NCBI GenBank assembly: GCA_028534125.1
Contig: CM052817.1
Span: 19,470,001-19,534,000 of the forward strand
Direction: 5' to 3'
Source of the DNA: Lama glama
Lineage: Eukaryota
Length of the DNA: 64,000 bases
How positions within the stretch are numbered: position 1 is the first letter of the stretch; each line of letters opens with the position of its first letter. Below are positions 37,532-50,100 of this stretch, piece by piece. Both the position numbers and the translations under genes were made by a program. A model generated the notes under the pieces. The model was not told the DNA's origin and did no database searches. It saw only the letters and a list, made by a program, of their open reading frames with translations.

Positions 37532-39979
37532 CTAAGTGTTTAATACTATGTATTTTAATTCTTCTAATAATGCCATCTCCTGGCGCACAGAGGATTGAAC
37601 TCTATATTAAAATCATTGTTGTCTTTCAGCTTACACTAAGCCATATACATCAATGTGACAATGTTCTCTGCATGGCCTAGTATTAGGAACTTCTCCACTA
37701 ACAAGGTTTTGATCATTTCATTGATTTTTTTTTCAGTGGCCTAAAGTCATTCAATAGAACTCATATTATTGTGGAGTGGTAAACAGGATGTGTTTTAAGG
37801 TCATCTTATTCATGTGAATAAAATGTGAAATATATTTCCATTAGCTAGAATGCTAGGCACTCCTTCTCAAGGTTAATTGTTTCCTCTGATCTCCAGTTAA
37901 AACTTGTTATTCTTAAACCAAGAGAAGATAATAATTGGAGGCTTTGGTTCTTTTTAAGATATGGAACAAATAGCCTTCAAAATTAGCTCAGAAACAATTA
38001 TGATACATTATATGATAGGTTCACTCCTGGATGTTCCATTTTTAAAAGTCAAAAGGTATTTTAAAGGGAGAAATAGCCAAAAAAAAAAAGAAAGAAAGAA
38101 TTATTTTATTTTGCTAAAGTAACTTAAGTTAATCTTAGAGCAATTTAAAAAGAATATGTACTTTCCCACTATTTCATAGGCGATAATGATCATTAAAACA
38201 AGGGACAGCCCAGATCAAAAGTTTTTATAAAGTGCTTTAAAACATACGTGTTTGCAGGTTCATAGGGAAGCAGTGACAATGCTCAATTGTATGAGCACCA
38301 GAACATAACACTCCAGTAATGATTAATGTAGTGTCTGAACCAAAAATGATGGCTGCAAGTTATTATTTCAAACTATTGTAATTTTTTCCAAACGCAGAAT
38401 CTCTGTGATTCATTCAAGTTTTGGAAATTTTTCTCTTTACAATAGTACGGACTGCTGAAATTTATTATAAGAAGTTTTTTTCCTAACTCTCACTATTTCC
38501 ACACTATTTGTCTTGTACATTCATAGGTATTTACAATCACATGCATAATACAGTCCATTTTTTCTACCATTGGAGATAAAGCATTTTCAACCATTATAAT
38601 ACACACCTGGGGGACTCTATATATTAGAAGTTGGCAGATAAGAAGCTAAGTTTCAAAATATAATATCTTGCGTGATGAAACTATGAAGTTATTAAAAGTT
38701 CTTAAAATCCCTAATTAGCAGCCTAAAACTTTGGTATGAATGCAATAAAAAAGCACCCTGTCATTCTGGTGAGTATGATTTTGAATATATTACTAATCCA
38801 ATTAGTTGAACCAAAGAAAACAAAGCTTGAGAAACAGATGACTACAGTTTTCCTTTTTAAAATACACAGACATGGGAAAACCCTGATGGGTAATGGAACG
38901 CAGATAAAATCAATCTTGGGTCCACATTCACAAAAAGAGAAACACTGAAGAGCAGACAATGGAAACAGACAATCAATCATCAGCTGCTTGCCCGTGTCAT
39001 CTTTCTGCCTCTATCCCACTAAGCCAGAAAGGCTTTGAGTAAATAACAGTGATGAAAACTGCTACTCTGAGAACATCATATTAAGAGACATAGAAGTGCA
39101 ACGCTTAGGCCACTATTTTATAAATATTTGGTAAGATGATATCAAATAAAAGCCATCTCTTGGGGCCCATTTAGCTAGGTGATAGAAACAAATAGAGAAG
39201 TAACTAGAAACTATTCTCAAAGTCACAGTATCATTGTTGCAAAATGATACTGAGCAAACGGTATCCTACGTCTTTGTGGTGTGAAACTATAAGAACTCAA
39301 ACAAAAATATTGATGCTGAATCACAGTGCTCTTGTTACACAAAACAGAAAAATGGTTTTGGAAAATCATATAGCTTTTAAGCACTAGAAATATTAGGCCA
39401 TACACAATGGAACAGAGACAAACAGAGTGGAACACTGCCTTCTAACAATGCCTTCAGTTACTCTCATCTGTCTTTTGTACATTTTGCTAAATCCATGTAC
39501 CATCTTGCGGTCTTGGCTGTACATGATTACTAGCTTTTTTCCTCCTCAGTATATTTTATGGACCATCTTCTTGACTCATGTAAATATATCTAAAAAGGAA
39601 ACTTTATGTTACCACCATAATAATAAAGCCAGTGTTGTTTAACAGAAGAAAACATTTAAAATGAGACAGCACCAGCAAGAGTGGACCAATATTTTCCTTC
39701 TAGCATCTTATGTCTAGCCAAACTTTCAGTCAATAATTCAGAGAGGAAAGCATTCCTGAATTTTGAGCAAGAGCTTAAAAATTATCTAACATGTACTCAT
39801 TCTTAGGAAACCAAGAAAAATGAAGAAATGGGATCTAGACATCAACATTTCTTACATTAGAAGGCAAGAAAGGAAGTTTCAAGGTGTTAAATTTGCAGTA
39901 AGTCCAGAAAGCAAATGGTTTAGATTGAAGTAGGAGGACAGAGAATGGTGATGTAGAACCCACCAGGAAAACAAAACAT

Positions 39980-40028
<49 letters not shown>

Positions 40029-40050
40029 GATAGATGATAGATAGATAGAT
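39980..40050. repeat. (AGAT)n tetranucleotide microsatellite
   Basis: Directly visible; two GAT interruptions. Confidence 0.95.
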
Positions 40051-40157
40051 TATGTGGTATCTTTGAGAACTAGAAATTAAATATTGATAGTCAATTGATA
40101 TATAAATTGGTTTACTGAAATTGATAAGGGATAGTTCCTTTGAACATAAGCCAAGTG

Positions 40158-40232
40158 ATTTTTTTTTTTTAATAGAGGTACTGGGGATTGTACCTAGGAC
40201 CTCACACATGGTAAGCATGTGCTCTACTACAC
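40158..40232 (-). mobile_element. 5'-truncated tRNA-derived SINE
   Basis: gaggtactggggattgtacctaggacctcacacatggtaagcatgtgctctac matches the other two SINEs; flanks caagtgatttt / caagtaatttt. Confidence 0.85.
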
Positions 40233-43200
40233 TCCAAGCAAGTAATTTTATCAAGTAATTTTAAAAAGGCAAATTTTAACCCCATAAACATAAAAGAATA
40301 TTCCATAGCACAAAAATAACCATCAAAGAGTTGTTGAACTTGCAGTGACCCAAATTATATAGTCATAACATGGTAATAATGAATACATTTTAATTCACAT
40401 TGTGATTTATCAGTATTGAGGGAAATGGCAAAGAAGGAAGTGATATCTAAACCACACTTTAATAGGAAATAGGTGATGATATAAGCAGATACATCTAAAA
40501 TTAATGAATCAGGAAATGGAAGCATAAATATGTTATTTGAAAATAAATAATACAAGGAAAAGTCACAACTAAAAGAAATGAATATTGTTGTTCAGGGAGT
40601 TAGATTAGGTTGGGCTGGAAGATACTCGGTAGAAAAATACTTCAACATTTACATATTTTTCTTTGACAAAAATAGGATTCAACTTGCAAACAAAAGGAAA
40701 TTGCAGTAGCAAGAAATGAGTGTTCTCAGTGTAATTCTTCCTGCCCAACCTGTGACAGGTACATGGCCTGCATGTCATGAATCATGGGTCTTTTGTGATC
40801 CTTCTGAGCAGATAGAAAATCATTAATCACCAAAAAGAGGTATCTTTTCTTTTTAAATAAAGGTTTCTAAGATAGCTATCTATACAAATAAATCTAGTAC
40901 AATCTTACGAGCTTGGAAAATAAATAAAATTCACTTTTGTTACAGTGGCTATTGTATTTCTGAAACTTTAAAATTGTTTTATATTTTACTGTATGAAATC
41001 ATGTTAATGATATTACCATTATTGCACTGGCTCCTATAACACACGTTTTATCAGATACATATATTTGTATATTTTAAAAAACATATAGAATATATAAATA
41101 TTAAGTATATAAATATATTGTTGCTAGTGGAGTCTGAGATTCTTGGGAGAAAGAACTTTACATTCTTCTCTGATTTTGGGGTGCCTGGAAGAGAGTAAGT
41201 ATTCAATATATGCTTTTTAAAAATGATTATGATTAATTGAAGAATTTAAAACCTTATGTCTCACTATTGGTTGAAAGAGGTAAAAAGTTTTTTCACAAAC
41301 TTCAGAGCTTAGGTTACAGAGCGCAGAGAGGGTGTCTCCTTCTACTTAATGGAGAAGAAAACTGATACTTACTGAGGTATGACAACAGAATGTGTGTTTC
41401 CTGGACATTCATTGCTTTATTGGCCATAGTCATAGTATCATGAAAGAGGTACTATTATTTTTCTTTATATGCATGAAGAAACTGACATTTTTTTCTTAAG
41501 CTATACAGCTAAGAACTGAGAGTTGAAACCACGTCAGTCTGACTCCAAAGTTCAGGTGTCTTTTCTAGTCTACTCTACAAACTTATAAAGAGGGGAGACA
41601 CTCAAATTAGGACTCAGAGGAGGAATCAGTAGTAAGACAATTGTCAATTCTATAGAAGTCTCTATTGTCTTTCTTTCACGTCTACAAAAGAGAGACTTGT
41701 AATGTGTTGGAAAGACTGAAAGTATTTAAGTTCTTGCAAATTCATAGGAGCCAATGCAATAATGGTAATATTTGCATGATTTCATACAGTAAAATATAAC
41801 ACAATTTTAAACTTTTAGAAATACAATAGCCCCTTCTATTTAAATTTCTTATAATTGTGCGGGAAGGAGTTTGGCTAAGATATGTGAAAACTTGAATAAT
41901 CATTGCAATAATCTGGAGAATTAATTATGAAATTCTCTGCATTGAATCAACAATTTCCAATTACATTTCAGACCATTCGTTCTAGTGAGTGTCTTGTTTG
42001 CTTGCTGTGTTTCTCCTCATGGACTACTTTGAGAGAACGATTCTTTAAAAATGTGCTGTAGATTTATTCAGAAGCACTTCATAATTTTAGCACAACTATT
42101 TATGTCAAAAGGCACACTGTGGAAAGATGAAAGTTTCTAGCCAGCACATAGGACTGGGGAGTATTTTTCCTGGTACAAGGCTTTGCTACTCTGTAACAAT
42201 AAATGGCCTTTCTAGTTCTCAGTGGGGTCTGGCTCCAGAAATTAATGCCAGCAGTCAAACTGGAACTCTCACTGGACTGAGCAGTAGAAAAAATTCTGAA
42301 GGATCATAGCAACAAGGAAAAAGCATTCAAAGTCTAAAACCAAGAACTAATCTGAGCTATTAGAAAAGCTTTGCAAACTATTTATCCTAATGTTTACTTT
42401 TAAATAAAGAATTAAATGTGTAATATATTGGGCAAGTGGAAGATAAGTGTTTGTTTTAGCATCATATAGTGGAAGAACAGTAAGCTGGGGTCTCTGATTA
42501 ACTAGCAAAGCATTTACACAATAAGTAATGAGGCATTATAAAAGTAATGATTTACGCCAATGAAATAATAAAACTTCTTGTTCATTGAGACTTGTATACT
42601 AGAAAACCTGTGAAAAGCAGTAAAATTCATTCTAATTGAAAGTCCACATCTTGGTCACAGAACAGGAAATGTCTTGATCTATTTTGTAAAATACATACTC
42701 AGGTCCGTAATAGATACATGAATTCCTTAGAGCAGAAGTGCTTCAGAATATTTTAGTTTTGTGCTCTGATTATAAGAAGTTAATACAATCTCTACACCTT
42801 ACAGGACATCACTCACAAGATTTGACTCAGCATTTCATGACTACATATGTTAATAGTTTAGAAGCCAAAAATATAGTTACTCTCAAAAGTATAATTCTGA
42901 AGATTTAGCCACCAGTGTGCTTCACGTATGAGAAAAAGTACCCAGAGGAATATGTAAGGTTGCAACAACCACCGTATGATAAACTAGGAAACAAAAAACA
43001 CATATAAAGACAGAAAAGTATGTAAGAAATGATGCAGATGTAAATGAGCAAGGGTATTCATAGATTCAGGGAATGGTAGAGTTTGGGGAGACTTCAGAGA
43101 CCAGACAGCAAACACCTCATTTTTCAGCTGGGGGAAAATAAAGCTCAGAGGTGTTACAACACTCAAACCATACAGTCCTAAGGCAAGTCAATGTTGCAAA

Positions 43201-44329
43201 GTTACTAGACTCATTATTAAAATTACCCAGTCTTGTTTACATGACCAGGGATATGCTCTATTTCTCACTTTCTTAGAATATACCTCTAAAGGGAAAGATC
43301 AGATCAGTAAATGTTTCCCATTTACTACCTAATTCACTTATTTTATTTGTCCTGAAATCAACAGAGGTTTAATGTAGTGATGACCAAGAGCCCAATTAAC
43401 TTCTTTGCAAGTTCTTTATTGCTGCTAAGTGTATTTAAAATCCAGAATGTATAACCATTAAATAACCTTTGATGTAACTTTTTATACACTGTGAATTTTA
43501 TAACAGTAAATGTGTTCTAAGTTCTTGACCACAAAATAGCTTCCTTTTCTGATGGCTTTGTTGCCTGGTATTCCACTAGTGAAGGTCATTTTCTGTCTCT
43601 CTGTCTACTAACAACAAATATTTATCAAAGACAGCGTATGCTCTAGGCACTGTGATAGCTGTGGGGACAATAACTGAAAATCAAGACATAAAGGAAAAAT
43701 CAGTAGCTGCTTCTGCAGTTTTGGAAAAGTGACTTAAGCTCTTGAATCCCTTATATCTGTAAAATCAGTGGTTATTAGGCACACAGGAGATTAGGAATGT
43801 AATCACTAGTGGGGTGGCTTCCCATCACAGGTTGTCAAGAACAGAGTAGACTTAGAGGTTCCTGTGACATGATTGGGGATGGGAGACATTCATTTTACAG
43901 GAAACCACCTCGTGAAGAGTTATTTTACGACTAATATCGTGGGAAATACTCAGCTGTTAATGGTATACATTATATTTCATACCTCAGTTAAACAGAATTA
44001 TTTATTTCAAGGCTGCTAATTGAAATCAAGATATAGTGGAAATAGGATATTTGGGGGTGTAAAAGAGGAGAGATGATGAATTCAGAGAGAAAAATATAAG
44101 GAAAGTGTGTATTTATCAGGAAAAAAGAGAGAAAGACTACTAAGAAAGGAAAGTAGGTACAGAAATAAAAGGGAGAAAGTGTTAAACATAAACTCTGTCT
44201 AGGTGACAATACTCTTCCCTCCCACTTTGCAAGGATAAACCGAGTTTTCCTATATCTCAGTTATACGTCAAGTTGGAAGAACTTACTTTTAATTTTACAT
44301 CGGGGTCATGATTTTGTGCATACCGCCTA

Positions 44330-44732
44330 CTGAGGATGCCGCACCGCCAAATACTGCCTTCAGTTCTAGAGGGCTTATTCCTTCCGCTCCTGGGAAGGTT
44401 GCTGGGTGATAATTCTTAGCCGTGAGTTCACTTTGGGAATTGTCTTCAACGAAGATGACCAACTTCCCGAGGACAAACTCTGGTCCCTGGGAAGATCACA
44501 TCCAATGACAGGTAAATGCTGGAATATAAAGACATGGCCTCCTTACCTCAACTTCGGAAACCTCTAAAGGATTATCTCAGTTTCAGTGTGTCCCATGGGA
44601 TCAACTTACCGTGACTGCTTTGTAAGCTGACTTCTCTCCGTGATGCACTGAACCTGAGGGCACGTGCTAACAAAACTCCATCATCTAATCTCCTTTGCTA
44701 AGTCTGCTTCCCAGGAAACCTGATCTACGACA
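44330..44732 (+). mobile_element. ERVL LTR (LTR16C-like)
   Basis: ctttgggaattgtcttca...cacatccaatgac...tataaag...; end gtctgcttcccaggaaacctgatctacgaca. Confidence 0.75.
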
Positions 44733-46869
44733 ATGCCTTCCTTTTACCGTAATTTATTATATGATGTTCCTTGGATTACTTTTGGATAAGCATTTCACTT
44801 ATTAGACCAAACTATATGGAATCTATTTTCTCTTCATGCACAGAACTACACAGGCCCTTAAAAAACAAGAGGTTCACTACATTGGAAGAGTGAAATAATG
44901 AAATGTTAGTTTTCAAGATATTGGCAAAGGCCAAAAATAGTTAAGCAAGGAAGGAAAAGAAGAGGTAAAATGGAGAAAAGCCATCTAAACATGATTACAG
45001 AGAATGAATGACACTTGACCATTATAAAGAGACATGTATGTTTTTTCCTTTCACTCAAAAATATTTAATCATTGCATGCATGCTGATTTATAGATGCAGT
45101 AAAATATTGCAAAAGGATAAAATTAAAACATTAAAAATGATTTTCTTTATTATGTAGGAAACATACAAAGAAAAGTAACGTAATGGACACCGTGAGCTTT
45201 TACAAAGTCACTTTACTTTTTGCTGATAAACAGAAATGTGAAGTTAGGTTAGAAATCACCTTTTATCGTATTTTAATTTGTTTTTACTCTTGGGATTATG
45301 TATTGGCTAGGTTCATCATTGTCTTTTCAGTACTGAAACTTTGTGGACTTTTCCAAAATTTTTAGGTGTGTCAAAGTAACAGACAAACAAAATCATAAAG
45401 ACCATGCTGCAATTCAATTTTCCAAAGGATTCACTTGTTTGGGTCTCTCTGAATCATGACTAATGATTTGGGTCCCCATGCCCTGCTATCAAAGCTCAAC
45501 AAAAAACTTACCATACATGAAGAACATTTGCATTAGTAATAGGATAAATTCATATACATATGTACAAGCATGTGTGAAATCAATAAATATTTGGCTACAA
45601 AGGTGATATTTAGAGTTCCTTGTTCATACTCACTGGTGCTATGGAACAGGAATAATGTCGAGTGGTATGATTTGTCACAAATGCTAATCAAATATTTCAG
45701 ATAAGGCTTAGATATAAAATATAATGTGCTGAACCTTTGTTCCTTTGTAAGAGTAATTAAAAAATAAAAACCTCAAAAGAATCAATGGTGAATTGCTGAT
45801 GATTTTGGAACTAATAGGATAGGAGAACTAGAAAGTGGATTGCAACTCCGAAATAAGAGTCTTAAAAAAAAAAAGAACACACTTATTAATCTCAAAGAAA
45901 TGTTCAACTGGTAATTGGTAAATGTACTCAGATGAACATGAATTATTGTACATTTTCAGTTACACTGTAAAGTCTAGAGATCTAACAGAGAATTAAGTTA
46001 TATTCTATAGTCGTGGTATGCTGACAATAAACCAGAACTCCTTCAGAAGGGATTTTAATTGAGGATTTTATCTTAATTATGAAAGGGGACATCTAAGAAG
46101 TGGTTTAAGCCTGAGCGCAATAGAATTTAACAAGAAACAGTTCAGATTCTGGCTAAAGGCGATTAACCTGAATAAAATCTATTTTATTTAGGAGTGCAAG
46201 CACCTAAAATTGAAGAGGTAAGGAAGTAAGCATCATCTCCTTTTGAATATGTAAAATTGTATAAATGAGTTGGAAAAGCTTTTCAGTTTCTGTAGAAAAA
46301 ATGTTCTTAAGGAAAGCTTAGTTAGCTGTCATATTACACAAAAATATCTATAGTTCAAAGACGCTATTTTCACATGGTTGGTTAATCTAGTAAAAGCTTC
46401 TTTGCATTTCTAAAATACATTTTTGAAGTGTTTTGGCTGCTGATTTTTTCTTTTGAAAATTAATCATACCAAATGCAGATATGCACAGCCACTAACACTT
46501 TTAGTATCAATTTATATTTAACATATATCAATGCTAAATAAGTCTATGAGGCATATTGATGGGCATGACAAATATTGACTACCGTTTTGCAGCAAATAAA
46601 AAATTAGCACAATTATTCATTAGATTTTTTAACTCTCACATGTTGTGAACACTATTATTTTCAAATTCTACATATCTAATATTTTTTTAAAAAGCTTACA
46701 TAAACTCATTTTGAAATATTTTTGAAGTTGTAAGGCTTTATTTTAAAAGAAATTAAATGGATAAACAAGGAGAGGACACTGTTTTCAAATTAGTGTTATC
46801 TATTGACTTTCTGAGGTGTCACTCGAGCCTTTAGATCTTAAATCAATGTAGCCTCCAAATTATTTCTGT

Positions 46870-47160
46870 ATGTTCATTCATTTCTTACTTGAGCACGTTT
46901 ATTTAGGACTTCATATGTTCCAAGTCAAAAGGCTAGGTGCTGGGGATGTTATCAGAACAAGGCAGAAACTACTCCTATTCTGTGAGCATACACAGTCTAC
47001 CTGGGAAGCTAAATTAAAGCTCTGTAGTATGGCTTAATGATGGACATGATATGTGATACAACATGGACTAGATGGGCACACAGGAGGAACACTCAGCCTA
47101 GTCTAGGAGAGTCCACGGAAGACTTCCCAATGGAAAAACATCAAAGTTATTCGGGTTAAA
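46870..47160 (-). mobile_element. LINE-2 3' end
   Basis: ttcattcatt...tatgttccaag...ggctaggtgctggggat antisense L2 tail. Confidence 0.6.
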
Positions 47161-50100
47161 ATGGTTCAGGTTGTTTTAGTTAGTTAAGGCAAGTGTGTGG
47201 TGATAATAAAATGATCTAAAATATATGATGTCTGAAAAATAATCTTACTTATATTATTTACAGAACAATTCTAGCCTGTTACTCTTGCCTGTAGCCTGTC
47301 TTTCTTCCCTTTAGTGATACGATGACCTAGGACTCTTCTGTTTGGGGGCTTCTATTCCACCATCTCCTACTTCCTTATCCTTATTTGCACTCAGCTATTG
47401 GAAGCAATAAAATAGCATGGAAGAGTCAGATTTGTGTTTCAAAGACTTGAACCAGAGCTAGGATACTTATGTTCATGTTTTGACAAAAACACTAGACGCA
47501 TGGCTAAACCAAGATGGAATAGTGGCAAAGAAATATATTCCATGGCTAGAAAACTGTAACAAATCTGTACTATGGAAAGAGTTAAGGAATGTTAGTAGAT
47601 AAATACCCATCTCAGACAGGACATAAAGGTGCAGGTGTTAGGAAGAGTGGTTAGAATAGAAAATGTTAAGGTATAACAGTCTAGCATACGTTCATGCTTT
47701 ATTCAAAATAATGAATACAGTGCATATATACTGCTCAGGGAAGGAGTCTTGAGAAAATAAGAAAAACAAAACAAACAAATGAAAATTCATCAGAAACATC
47801 TACAAACTTTGAAAGAAACATGTTATATTGCGGATGACTAAAAAGAGAGTCATCTTTTGAGTTTTTTTATGGAAACGAATCATTGAAATTGTTTTAAGAA
47901 AAAAAGAGCTATTCAGTGTTTAAGAACCCAACTCAGATTGATTAGATATAAATTAAAAAGATGACAAACAATTTGGGGAGGAATTGGTCTGTCCTGATGC
48001 TCTGAAGTTAGAGTCCAGTCTACTTACATGGGGAGCACACCATTCGCACATTGATCAGTTCAGATATAAAGCTAGGTCAAAGCACTGAGTTCCAGGATGA
48101 TTTAGGAGCCAACAGAGCAAAGAAGGTAGGCTCTGGAGTCAGGTTTTTGAGAAGGTTTATCCTTAGGATGGCCAGTAGTTAAGTCCGAAAGACAGTAGTT
48201 AATTTTTCACAAAAGGGACCGATCCCTGAGAAGAGAGCAGTCGCGTATGGTGGATCCAAGCAAGAAGGGGGTCAAATTTAGGATATTTATAGTGACAACT
48301 TAATGCACAAAAAATCAAAAGACCAGGTGAAATATATGACAAAAAGTTTCCTAGGTCTACGTAAGGATCTGCAAAGCAAGAAAAGAGTAGTAGGGAAAAT
48401 AGGAAAAGTGATATTTCGCTTTCTCTTAGGTCCCAGATACCCTTTACTGGGGACACAGGACCAGCCTGTGTGTCCCTGGCCACCCGCATGGCACTTGCTT
48501 AGAACTTAGTCTCCCATCCCTACTGATTTACATAGTGCCTTGCTGTCTCCAACATTCCAGTTCCTCTCCTGGGAAGGCAGGTCAAATAAAAGAAAGAAAT
48601 GGAGACGAAAGAAAGAGAGAAAAAATTTGACAACTTTTTCATTTTTATCTTGATTTTAATTATCTACTTAAACATCACTATGTATCTATTTATGGGTTAT
48701 TTCCTAGCATATAATAATATAAGCTCCATGAAAGCAATATTAATACCGTGTTTTCTTCATTGTCCAAGGCACAGTAAATTGAATAAATTCTCTTTCGATA
48801 ACTAGGCCATCAAATATTCTCTTCCTCTCAAGATGAGAATCTCTGGAGCAAAATATAAGAATCAGCAAAATTTGCGTAGGACACATACAATATAATTGAC
48901 GGTTTAAAGATTAGTCAATGTAACACTCTCACAGGAAGTTACAGACAGAAGATTCCACTGTGAATTCTCTTCATCTGGGTTTTCTTTGTTTCAAGTTTAA
49001 ACGTATGTGGTGAGCAGTATGCGAGTCAAGCTGGGTTGAGTTTGACAGAGGGCAGGCTTTAGAACGTCTTTTGTAATTCTTGCCTGGGTGCCACTTGCTT
49101 TATTTGGGGGCCTGTCAGTATTAAGCAGTTTCTGTGACTGCTTTTTGTTGTTGTCTAGCTCTTTCCTAACAATCTGACAATTCGTGAGACTATATGTCAA
49201 CTTCCATGAAGAAGGAGAGTTAAGATGAAATAATCTTGATTCTGTGGAGTCAGACCAAATCTCTTTGTCTTCTTCTTTTGAATTTCCACCTTCACTAGAC
49301 CCAGCCTACGTAGACCTGATGGAGAGGAAGTAAGGATATTTCTGGCCCTGTTGCTACATTTCAATAAGCATATATGCATTTGCTTTCTATTTTTCTGGTT
49401 AACATGCTTACTGTACTGCAATGAGTGGCTGTTAGTTACTCTTTAAAGTTAGAACCGTTAGTCTAGGCCAGACACTCTCAGTTTGGTCCAAGCTAGTTAA
49501 CCAGAGTTGTGAAGCTGTTAATAACAGCACCATTTCCTTTATCTATTTCTTGTGCCCTTTTGCACAGATATCTCCTTGAAGGACTTTTCAGGAGAGAGGT
49601 ATCCTTGGGTTAGAGCACAATTAGAAGTTTCCTGGCTCATCTAGCCCACAATGATCTTAATATCAGCACTGATCTCTCATTCTACCATTCTTATTAGTGC
49701 ATTTAAACTTTTATAAATTTATAAATACCCAGTTCCAAATAAAACTAATATTTTACTCTCTCAAAAACACAATGGTGCTGTCCATGAGATTCTTCTTTAA
49801 AGAACTAAGATATATCAATTTATAACCTTTTTAATTCTCTTGGAATGAAATAGCTGGTTTTTGAAACTCTCAATTTATTTAAACCACCAGAGTGGCATTA
49901 AGAACATTCTGGCTTCCTAACACTTAGGGAATGGTGCTCCAATAACCTGGAAGACACCCACCATACAGTTTTAAAACATACTTCTAGGAAGAAATTTTAG
50001 ATCACAAGAATTAACAAATTAAAACAAATTTGGATTAACAGAATAAAACACAAAGAAGATTCTCTCTGAATGATGGAAGTAGGACACTCAGTAACATTTT

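Noticed and set aside
39980..40050. Repeat arrays as CRISPR-like or coding repeats (IYLS-repeat ORF at 39979-40254)
   Set aside because: Simple (AGAT)n microsatellite with no spacers; eukaryotic context
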